Assembly: GCA_046154695.1 (NCBI GenBank)
Contig: JBJXFI010000018.1
Location: 1 to 59,882, forward strand
From: Blastocatellia bacterium
GTDB taxonomy: Bacteria; Acidobacteriota; Blastocatellia; RBC074
DNA: 59,882 nt
Direction: 5' to 3'
Positions 42,824 to 50,590 of this stretch are shown one piece after another. Numbering within the stretch: position 1 is the first letter of the stretch; each line of letters starts with the position of its first letter. The notes beneath the pieces are model-generated. The model saw nothing but the letters and a program-made list of their open reading frames with translations, had not been told where the DNA came from and made no database searches. The translations under genes were made by a program, and so were the position numbers.

Positions 42824-43089
42824 GAACTCGGTGGAAGCCCTCTAAGCGCAACCGGCAAATCAGTCCGTATGCAAATGCGACCGGCGATCGGGGATTCGCT
42901 TCCGCCCATGGGGCGGCGCCCGATATAATGCGCCTCGCCATGACCTTTCAAACCGGCAACAAGTTCAAATGCGGATGAACTCGTCCCGAGACAGGAAATG
43001 CAACAAGAGGCATTCACTGGTGAAATACACGCTTGAATAGGATCATTTGGTCACAGACGCGGCGGTAACCGCGGCACCCAGGAGAAATT

Positions 43090-44184
43090 ATGAAAAACAT
43101 GATATCGGTATTTCTTGCGATCGTCTGCTGGTCGTTGCTTGCGCCTGCGCAATCGCCCGGGCAGGTCGTCACCGTGCTGAAGGGCCTCGACCCGGTTGAG
43201 ATGGTCAGCGGCAAGGAAGTTCAGGGACAGGAGCCTCTCTCGGTCGTTCGCGGCCGTTATCGCTACCTGTTTGCTTCGGAAGCCAACCGAAAAGCATTTG
43301 AAAAATCGCCTGACGAATACCAGATTCAATTCGGCGGCGGCTGCGGCCAAATGGGCAGTTTGAGCGGCGCGGGCAATCCCGATCGATTTTACGTCTTTAA
43401 CAAACGCATCTATATCTTCGCGTCGGATTCCTGCCGCAATTCATTCAAGAAAAACCCGGAAGCCCACCTTGAAACTCCGGACGCGGCGCCAATGGGCTCC
43501 GCCGCCGAAAGGAGACGCGGGCAGGAGCTCCTCACATTGGCGCTGAAGGGCTTCGGCGGGGCGTCAAAGGTTGATGGCGTTAAAAACTATCAGGCCAGGA
43601 TCAAACTCAGTTACAGGCAGGGCGACAAGGTCACGGAGTATCCGCAGACCAAGACCCACGTTTTTCCCGGACGCTATCGCAATGAATACGATTGGGGATC
43701 ATCGCAAACCGGCGATGTGTTATTGCCGGATCGCGCGATCAGCATTTCCCGCAGGGCTTCCGGCAGCGATGCCTGGCAGCGGGAAGAAGCCGTCAGAGCC
43801 GCGCTCGAACGCGAGGTGTACCGCGAGCCGTTGGCGATTGTGAAAGCTCGCAAAGAGAGAGGCTTCACTGCGTTCGCCGCCGGCCACGCGAAAATCGGCG
43901 ACGTCGAAGTCGAGTTGCTCAAGGTCGGTTTCAAAGGCGCGACATCCACGCTCGGCATCGATCCGAAGACCGGCCGGATTCTGCGAATCGCCTATCGCGA
44001 CCGCAAGGGAGCCTACGGCGATGTCGGCAAGACCTTCTCCGATTTTCGCGCGGTGGACGGGCTCGTCTTGCCGTTTGGCGTCGAAGAGACATTCAACGGC
44101 AAACCCATCACCAGTCCGACGACGTCCATCGAATCCGTCGCAATCAACAGCCAGCTCGACCTGACGCTTTTTCAGAAACCATAG
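43090..44184 (+). CDS. Secreted protein, YHS-like N-terminal domain plus LolA-like C-terminal module
   Basis: Signal 'VFLAIVCWSLLAPAQS'. 'YRYLFASEANRKAFEKSPDEY' and 'IYIFASDSCRNSFKKNPE' are YHS-like. The C-terminal 'DPKTGRILRIAY..FSDFRAVDGLVLPF' resembles the C-terminus of the 45689-46822 protein. Confidence 0.6.
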   Translation: MKNMISVFLAIVCWSLLAPAQSPGQVVTVLKGLDPVEMVSGKEVQGQEPLSVVRGRYRYLFASEANRKAFEKSPDEYQIQFGGGCGQMGSLSGAGNPDRFYVFNKRIYIFASDSCRNSFKKNPEAHLETPDAAPMGSAAERRRGQELLTLALKGFGGASKVDGVKNYQARIKLSYRQGDKVTEYPQTKTHVFPGRYRNEYDWGSSQTGDVLLPDRAISISRRASGSDAWQREEAVRAALEREVYREPLAIVKARKERGFTAFAAGHAKIGDVEVELLKVGFKGATSTLGIDPKTGRILRIAYRDRKGAYGDVGKTFSDFRAVDGLVLPFGVEETFNGKPITSPTTSIESVAINSQLDLTLFQKP

Positions 44185-44237
44185 CCGCCCGTCCCGGCTA
44201 GCGGTTCACCATCCATTCATCACAGGAGACACTCAAC

Positions 44238-45521
44238 ATGACTAGAAAATGCGGTCTTGCTCGATTATTGATGATGCTCGCGCTGGCGGTTTGCTCGCCC
44301 GCGTTCGCACAAGCGCCGCGCAATGAGAAGCCTGAATCGGTCGGGTTATCGGCGCAACGGCTCCAGCGCATCAACCTCCTGATCGAGCAAAAGCTCAAAG
44401 AGGGGAAGCTGGTCAATGCCATCACGATGGTGGCGCGGCGGGGCAAGCTCGTCCATTTTGAAACCTATGGCAAAGCCGATGTGGAAGCCGGCAAGCCGCT
44501 GAAAAACGACGCCATCTTTCGCATTTATTCGATGACGAAGCCGATCACCACGCTGGCGGCGATGATGCTGTATGAGGAAGGCAGGTTTCAGCTCAATGAT
44601 CCGCTCTATCTTTATCTGCCTGAGTTTCGTGACACAGAGGTGTACCAGGACAACGGCACACCCGGCGGCGCGCGCGTCAAACCCACGCGCCCGATTACGC
44701 CGCGTGATTTGATGTCGCATACGTCGGGGCTGACCTATGGCGCGTTTGGCGATACGCCGGTGGATCGGCTGTACCGGGCGGCCAACTTGTTGGATGGCTC
44801 GCTGACGCTGGCCGATTTCTCGCGGAAAGCCGCTGCGTTGCCGTTGCTCTTTCATCCCGGTGAACGCTGGAATTATGGCGTGAACACGGACATTCTGGGC
44901 CGTCTGGTCGAAGTGCTTTCCGGTGTCTCGCTCGATGAATATTTCCGCGAGCGCATCTTCAAACCGCTGGGCATGAACGACACGGCGTTTGATGTTCCGG
45001 CGGCGAAGCTCGACCGCTTTCCTGTCACCTATCAATGGGACGCGGCGGGCAAGCGCGTCATCGCGGATCATCCGGGCAAAAGCCGGTTTGCCAGCCCCGC
45101 GAAGTTTTATTCAGGCGGCGGCGGATTGGTTTCGACGGCGCGGGATTACCTGCGGTTTTGCCAGTTGATGCTCAACGGCGGCGAATTGGATGGTGTGCGG
45201 TTGCTGAGTCCGAAAACCGTGCAACTGATGACGATGAATCACACCGCGCAAGCGCAAAAACCCACCGCTGGCGTAGCGCTCGGGATGGGCGCGGAGTTCG
45301 GGCTGGGTTATCGCGTGATTGCCGACGCCGCCGCCAATCAGCGAATCGGCTCACAGGGCACGTTTGATTGGGGCGGGCTGGCATCGACGAGTTTTTTCAT
45401 TGACCCCAAAGAACAACTGATCGGCATTTTGTTGACGCAAAAGCTGCCCACCGATAATCGTTTGACGATTGAATTTCGCACGGCGGTGTATCAGGCAATC
45501 ATTGAATCGAACGTTCGGTAA
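44238..45521 (+). CDS. Serine hydrolase, class C beta-lactamase/DD-peptidase family
   Basis: Signal 'LLMMLALAVCSPAFAQ', SxxK motif 'FRIYSMTKPIT', 'SHTSGLTYG'. Confidence 0.8.
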   Translation: MTRKCGLARLLMMLALAVCSPAFAQAPRNEKPESVGLSAQRLQRINLLIEQKLKEGKLVNAITMVARRGKLVHFETYGKADVEAGKPLKNDAIFRIYSMTKPITTLAAMMLYEEGRFQLNDPLYLYLPEFRDTEVYQDNGTPGGARVKPTRPITPRDLMSHTSGLTYGAFGDTPVDRLYRAANLLDGSLTLADFSRKAAALPLLFHPGERWNYGVNTDILGRLVEVLSGVSLDEYFRERIFKPLGMNDTAFDVPAAKLDRFPVTYQWDAAGKRVIADHPGKSRFASPAKFYSGGGGLVSTARDYLRFCQLMLNGGELDGVRLLSPKTVQLMTMNHTAQAQKPTAGVALGMGAEFGLGYRVIADAAANQRIGSQGTFDWGGLASTSFFIDPKEQLIGILLTQKLPTDNRLTIEFRTAVYQAIIESNVR

Positions 45522-45586
45522 GGCCGGGAAAATTGCCGCCCCCACGACGGACTACCGGAAATCCGGCAGGGGCGCCCGGCCTCCTC

Positions 45587-45628
45587 GGAAAAAGTGGCAC
45601 AAGCTGTCCAGCTTGTGCCACCATGCTT
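45587..45628. terminator. Bidirectional terminator-like hairpin; third (hairpin-only, inverted) copy of the GGCACAAGCTG element
   Basis: GGCACAAGCTGTCCAGCTTGTGCC at 45596-45619, between convergent genes. The minus strand reads hairpin + ACTTTTTCC. The plus strand has CTTTT 8 nt downstream. Confidence 0.55.
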
Positions 45629-45688
45629 TTCATTGCTTCCGGGCGTCGCCACGCGACATGACGGCTCCTTGGAATACGTTCGGGGGCG

Positions 45689-46822
45689 CTATTTCGCCGC
45701 GGGTAGGACGAACAACGCCTCATCGACACGCGCGTTGTGCCGGACCTCGGTGAACTTCCGCAGCGACGAGTAGACGCGGTCGAGATAGGAGGTGCGTATC
45801 GTGAAGGGGACCTTCACGCCGTCGACGTCCCGATAGTCCTCGTAATCGGTCTGCTCGGGATCGACGCCGATGACGGTCTCGGTCGTGATGATGCGGCGCA
45901 CGAGCAGCCCCGTCTCCTTGTCGAATAAGAAGCGCACCCGCCGCTTGTCGGCGAGCGCCGTCCGCAGCACCGCGGCCTCGCGATCCCCGACCTTCTCATA
46001 TCCCCCGAAAGCCAGGCGCGCGTTGGGATCTCGAACGAGAACCGGATCCAGACTCATCGCCAGCGAACGCGCGCGCGACAGGTCCACGGCATCCATCGCC
46101 CGGTCCTCGCGCGAATTTTTCAGCCACCCTCGCGCGCCGTTGAGCTTCTGCGAGGACGCCCCCTGCGGCAACTCCACGCTCATCGCGTACTTGTCCGGTC
46201 CGAGAAAGTGGATCTCCAACGGAAAGCCCTGCCCATTGCCCGCGATGCTCGCTCCCTTGATCACCCGCGTCCTGATCTTTTCAAGCGCCTCTTTCCCGCC
46301 GACGGCTTGCGTATATTTGGCGAGGATCTCAGGCGCGGTGGGAAACGGGCCCGCCGCCGCCGGCGCGGGTTTGGGGGCCGCCGCCGGAAGGACCGGGATG
46401 CTCAAGGGATGGTCGTGGCCCTGATGGCAGGTCTGGCATGTCACCTGTGTGCGCCCGTTGAAGTGCTGTTTATTGATCTCCATGGTCATCAGGATCATCT
46501 TGCGGGCGATCTTCTTGTGGTTGTTGTCGTCCTTCTCGAACTCGAACGCATCGCCGGTCTTGACGTGGCAATCGGCGCATCCCATGCCGAGGGTGGCGCT
46601 GATATAGTTCATCATCGGTCGTATCTGGGAGGCGGGCAGCCCCTTCAACGCCTGAATATTCTTGTATGTCTGTTCCGTGGTCGGTTCCGCGGGGACGGCC
46701 GGTTCCTGCGTCTCGCCCGAGGCGGCCTGAATCGGGAGGCCCGGGCGGCCGGTCAGAACCAGCAGGCCCGCCAGGACCAGAAACGCGCATGCCAGAAAAC
46801 GCTTGATTTCGGGTTGAATCAT
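45689..46822 (-). CDS. Secreted c-type cytochrome (reaction-centre cytochrome c subunit-like domain) with LolA-like C-terminal module
   Basis: Two CxxCH motifs ('CADCHV', 'CQTCHQ') within 'YKNIQALKGLPASQIRPMMNYISATLG..KIARKMILMTMEINK'. ATG at 46822 after AAGGAG. Confidence 0.75.
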   Translation of the reverse strand: MIQPEIKRFLACAFLVLAGLLVLTGRPGLPIQAASGETQEPAVPAEPTTEQTYKNIQALKGLPASQIRPMMNYISATLGMGCADCHVKTGDAFEFEKDDNNHKKIARKMILMTMEINKQHFNGRTQVTCQTCHQGHDHPLSIPVLPAAAPKPAPAAAGPFPTAPEILAKYTQAVGGKEALEKIRTRVIKGASIAGNGQGFPLEIHFLGPDKYAMSVELPQGASSQKLNGARGWLKNSREDRAMDAVDLSRARSLAMSLDPVLVRDPNARLAFGGYEKVGDREAAVLRTALADKRRVRFLFDKETGLLVRRIITTETVIGVDPEQTDYEDYRDVDGVKVPFTIRTSYLDRVYSSLRKFTEVRHNARVDEALFVLPAAK

Positions 46823-46911
46823 TAAATTCTCCTTCAGAGTTTTTGGATAGAGTAACGTTTCCTTATAGCCGCTTGCATATGCATGCGCCCTGGCTGCGTG
46901 ATTCCGAAAGA

Positions 46912-47002
46912 GGAAAACGGAACAGACGGAAATAACGGAATCGACGAAACCAAACAATCCGAGGCTCCGTTTGTTCCGTTATTTCCGTCTGTTCCGTTTT
47001 CC
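46912..47002. repeat. ACGGAA-type palindromic element, copy II (perfect 29-bp arms)
   Basis: GGAAAACGGAACAGACGGAAATAACGGAA (46912-46940) is the exact reverse complement of 46974-47002. The loop is 33 nt. Confidence 0.9.
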
Positions 47003-47216
47003 CTCCTCTTCTCGATGGCGAGCCGGGTCGGATGCGAATGAAAACCGCTATAAATCAGGCGCGTATTGTAGCCGGATCGGGAAAATTTTGCGCGGGGGAT
47101 TCCGTCAGCCATCCCAACCGGGGAAAATCGATTCCAATGGGCCGATTTCGGGTCTATTGCGTATCTAAAGCGGGCAAACGACAATGAGGTGAGCGCGTTT
47201 CGATTGAGGAGCAAAA

Positions 47217-48200
47217 GTGATGATGCGTTTTTGCATAAGTTGTGGAATCGAACTGATCGACGCCGCGAAATTCTGCCGTCGTTGCGGCGCGGTGATCGAG
47301 AATCTTCCCCAGGGCAGGGGCGCGCAAACCGACCCCCTGAAAACGCAATTCGAGCCGACGGAGCGGCTGGACGAGAAGCCGCCCGTCGAAGCGCCGCAAC
47401 CAGCCAGGACGGAAGCGACGGCGCGGCCTCGACGGGCATTCAAAACGATCCCGATGCCGCCGTCCATTCCGACGGATGCGAAACCGACCAGGATCACCGG
47501 CTCGGTCACAGGCTCGGCCGCCGCGCGGACCCCGCCGTCCGGCAGCGGAAAAAAATGGATTGCGCTTGGGGCGCCCGCGTTTCTGTTGATCGTGCTTTGC
47601 GGGATCTTCTTCTCGACCAATTTCAGGAACTCCTCCGCGGAGCCCACAACCGGGGCAGTGGCTACGACTCCGGAAGTGCGGGGAGAGGCTCCGGCCGCCG
47701 AAGTTCCGGCGGAGACGCCGTCACCCGTGGCTGCCGCGCCCAGGCCCTCGATCAAACCGGCCGCCTCTCAGGAACGCCCCACCCCGGCAATGGCGCAACC
47801 GATGCCCGCGCGGCCGGCTCTCGATGAAGCCCCGCCGGTTCAACCCGCCGCTCAACCGGCGAACTCCGCCCAGCCGGTCAAATCCGCATCCGCCACGCCC
47901 GAAGTGAAGGCCGAGAAACCGGCGGCTCTCACCATGCAGGACCACTGGCGCATCGGCGCGGGCCACCTCGGCGCCGGGCGGAACCAGGAAGCCCTTCGCG
48001 AATTCGAGCAGGCGCGCCGGCTCGCCCCGGGCAATATCGACATCTTCTACCTGATCGGCACGGCCTATCATCAGATGGGCAGGTATGACGAGGCGCTCGA
48101 GGCCTATCGCAAATGCACCTCCGGCGTTTATGCCAGCGTCGCGCAAAATCATGTGAAACGCCTGGAGAAAAAAGGCGGAAAGAAGGAAGGAAAGAAGTAG
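47217..48200 (+). CDS. Zinc-ribbon / single-TM / Pro-rich / TPR protein
   Basis: 'FCISCGIELIDAAKFCRRCG', TM 'WIALGAPAFLLIVLCGIFF', C-terminal TPR 'ALREFEQARRLAPGNIDIFYLIGTAYHQMGRYDEALEAY'. Confidence 0.7.
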   Translation: MMMRFCISCGIELIDAAKFCRRCGAVIENLPQGRGAQTDPLKTQFEPTERLDEKPPVEAPQPARTEATARPRRAFKTIPMPPSIPTDAKPTRITGSVTGSAAARTPPSGSGKKWIALGAPAFLLIVLCGIFFSTNFRNSSAEPTTGAVATTPEVRGEAPAAEVPAETPSPVAAAPRPSIKPAASQERPTPAMAQPMPARPALDEAPPVQPAAQPANSAQPVKSASATPEVKAEKPAALTMQDHWRIGAGHLGAGRNQEALREFEQARRLAPGNIDIFYLIGTAYHQMGRYDEALEAYRKCTSGVYASVAQNHVKRLEKKGGKKEGKK

Positions 48201-48218
48201 CGGCTCTGTCTCATTCCA

Positions 48219-48320
48219 TTCATCGCGGAGAGCGATCACCGGATCGACCCGCATGGCGCACCGGGCCGGGAAACAACACGCGAGGAACCAGAGTTTCCAC
48301 GATATTTCCTTTGCTCCCGA
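48219..48320 (-). pseudogene. Possible remnant of the C-terminus of an FtsX/MacB-type permease
   Basis: The minus-strand frame just after the ATPase stop reads '..LWFLACCFPARCAMRVDPVIALRDE'. This matches the characteristic '..PA.RAA.LDPV.ALR.E' C-terminal signature of FtsX-like permeases. No upstream permease body is present. Confidence 0.4.
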
Positions 48321-48351
48321 ACTGATTGCCCGAATTGAATTGAGTAGATGC

Positions 48352-49041
48352 CTATCGATTCTGCCCGTCCTCGACGACGCGGCCATCGAAGAGGTGAATC
48401 GAGCGGTCGGCGTGTTTGGCGAACCGCGGATCGTGCGTGACCATGCAGATTGTCGCGCCGCCCCGATGCAGCTCCCGCAGCAGGTCCATGACCGCGTCGC
48501 CATTGGTCGAATCGAGGTTTCCGGTCGGCTCGTCCGCCAGCAGGATGAGCGGCTCGCCCGCCACGGCGCGGGCGACGGCGACCCGCTGTTGTTGACCGCC
48601 GGAAAGCTGCGAGGGCAGATGCTTCGCCCGATGCGCCATCCCGACCTTCTCCAGGGCCGCGTTGACGCGCTCGCGCCGCTCGCTCGAACTCATTCCTCGA
48701 TAGGTCAGGGGCAGCTCCACGTTCTCAAAGACCGTCAGGTCGCCGATCAGATTGAAGCTTTGAAAGATGAACCCGATCTCCCGGTTGCGGATTCGGGCGC
48801 GCTCCGACAGGCTCAGGCCCTGGACGGGCTTCCCGTTCAACTCATACGCGCCCTCGCTCGGCGAATCGAGCAGCCCGAGAATCGAGAGGAGCGTCGACTT
48901 GCCGCACCCCGAGGGCCCTGCGATCGACACATATTCGCCTTTGTTGATCTCCAGATGAATGCCGGAAAGCGCATGCGTCTCGACCTCATCGGTATAAAAA
49001 ACCTTTGTCACTCCATCCATCCGCAGCAGGGGCTGGCTCAT
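48352..49041 (-). CDS. ABC transporter ATP-binding protein (MacB/LolD-type)
   Basis: Walker A 'GPSGCGKST', signature 'LSGGQQQRVAVARA', Walker B 'ILLADEPTGNLD'. Confidence 0.9.
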   Translation of the reverse strand: MSQPLLRMDGVTKVFYTDEVETHALSGIHLEINKGEYVSIAGPSGCGKSTLLSILGLLDSPSEGAYELNGKPVQGLSLSERARIRNREIGFIFQSFNLIGDLTVFENVELPLTYRGMSSSERRERVNAALEKVGMAHRAKHLPSQLSGGQQQRVAVARAVAGEPLILLADEPTGNLDSTNGDAVMDLLRELHRGGATICMVTHDPRFAKHADRSIHLFDGRVVEDGQNR

Positions 49042-49116
49042 CGTGTGTCTCCCGGGTAAATGTTCGGAGTTCCGCCTGCGGAAGACCGCCTGAGGGCGAA
49101 ACTCCGGGCGATGTCG

Positions 49117-50376
49117 TCAATTCAATCGAATTCGCGCCGCGTCATCTCCGACACGCGAGGTGTCGGAGACGATGACCTTGTCGCCGACGCGCAATCCGCC
49201 GCGAACCTCGATCACGGTGACGGAGGCGCGGCCGAGCGTCACGGTGACGGCTTCCGCGTGCGTTTCGTCCGGTTCGAGCCGGAAGAGCTTGATCGTGGCG
49301 CCCTCCTGCCCGAACGTCGGCCGCTGTACATAGAGGACGTTCTCCAGTCGTTCGAGCTCGATCACGCCGTCGACATTGAGATCCGGAACGGCGCCTTTCG
49401 GCAGTTCGGCCAGAAGCTGGACTTCGACGAGGCGGGTGCCGTTCTGAACGGCGGGATCGACGCGGCGCACGCGACCGGGAATGACGCCGTTGCGCGTGTC
49501 GATCTGTGCCGTCTGGCCGATCTGAATATCCTTTGCCTGCGTCTCGGCGACCTTGACCTCGGCTTTGAGGCGGCTCGGATCCGAAACGCGCGCGAGGTTC
49601 GTGCCGGGCGCGACCTGCTGGCCGATCTGCACCGTCAGCTCCTGCAGCACGCCGTGCATGCCGGCCTTGATCCGCAGGTCGGCGATCTGTTTCCGCCGCA
49701 GATTGAACAACGTCCGCCGCTGATCGAGCGTGGCCTGCGAGACGGCCATCTGCGTCTTGATCGCCTCCCCGGTCATGGCGAGGCGCTTTTTTTCCAGTTC
49801 GTTTCGCGTTCCCAACTCGGAGGCCTTCATCTTCAACTGCTTCAGTCGAATCTCCGACACCAATCCATCTTTCGAGAGCTGCTCATTGGCCTCGGCCTCC
49901 AGCCGGGCGTTCAGAAAGTCCGCCTCGACCGTCGCGGCCTGCGCCTGCTGGTTGAGCAACTGAGTTTCGAGATCGGTCCGCCGGTTGATATATTCGGCCT
50001 CCGCCGATTTGACCACGGCCTCGGCTTCCATCAACTGTTGCTGCAGCTCCTGATTGCTCAGCTCGAAGATCACCGTCTCGGGGGTGACAAAGGTTCCCGG
50101 CTGGACCAGCCGCTTCTCCACGCGGCCGCTGGTCATCGCGGGAATCCAGACAATCTCTTCCGGCACCAGCGTCCCCTGCCCGCGAACGCTGCGAATCATC
50201 TCTCCCCGCTTCACCTCATCCGTGATGACCGTCGATCGCTCGATCGTCGGCGCCGCCGGTTTCAACCGCCCCAGCACGACGCTCACCGCGCTGATTCCGC
50301 CAATCAATAACAGGGCGTAAAATACCCGGCGTATCTTTCGATTTCGCGCCACCGCTTTGTCACGAGGTTTATCCAT
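49117..50376 (-). CDS. HlyD/MacA-type periplasmic adaptor (membrane fusion protein)
   Basis: N-terminal TM 'VFYALLLIGGISAVSVVL', coiled-coil region, beta-barrel 'GQTAQIDTRNGVIPGRVRRVDPAV'. Confidence 0.85.
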   Translation of the reverse strand: MDKPRDKAVARNRKIRRVFYALLLIGGISAVSVVLGRLKPAAPTIERSTVITDEVKRGEMIRSVRGQGTLVPEEIVWIPAMTSGRVEKRLVQPGTFVTPETVIFELSNQELQQQLMEAEAVVKSAEAEYINRRTDLETQLLNQQAQAATVEADFLNARLEAEANEQLSKDGLVSEIRLKQLKMKASELGTRNELEKKRLAMTGEAIKTQMAVSQATLDQRRTLFNLRRKQIADLRIKAGMHGVLQELTVQIGQQVAPGTNLARVSDPSRLKAEVKVAETQAKDIQIGQTAQIDTRNGVIPGRVRRVDPAVQNGTRLVEVQLLAELPKGAVPDLNVDGVIELERLENVLYVQRPTFGQEGATIKLFRLEPDETHAEAVTVTLGRASVTVIEVRGGLRVGDKVIVSDTSRVGDDAARIRLN

Positions 50377-50415
50377 AAATTCTCCCGTTCATGCTCCCAA
50401 AACATCCCCCTCTTA

Positions 50416-50432
50416 TCCAATTCCCGTGCCAA
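50416..50432 (-). promoter_or_regulatory. Sigma-54-like -24/-12 element upstream of the adaptor gene
   Basis: The minus strand reads TTGGCACGGGAATTGGA, against the consensus TGGCACG-N4-TTGCW. The spacing is correct and there is one mismatch (final C to G). It ends about 40 nt upstream of the ATG at 50376. Confidence 0.3.
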
Positions 50433-50590
50433 GCCCCGCCGAAAGGCTAACAAACTGTGAATATTGGCTTATTTGCGAGTGCGGCGCATTCAGTAGACGT
50501 CCGGGTGTTCGGTAATGGGAACTCGAAGTCCCAAAAGTGATATGACCCGATGAAGGCGGAAAAGGACAGTGAATGCAGCCCCCTGGGGGA

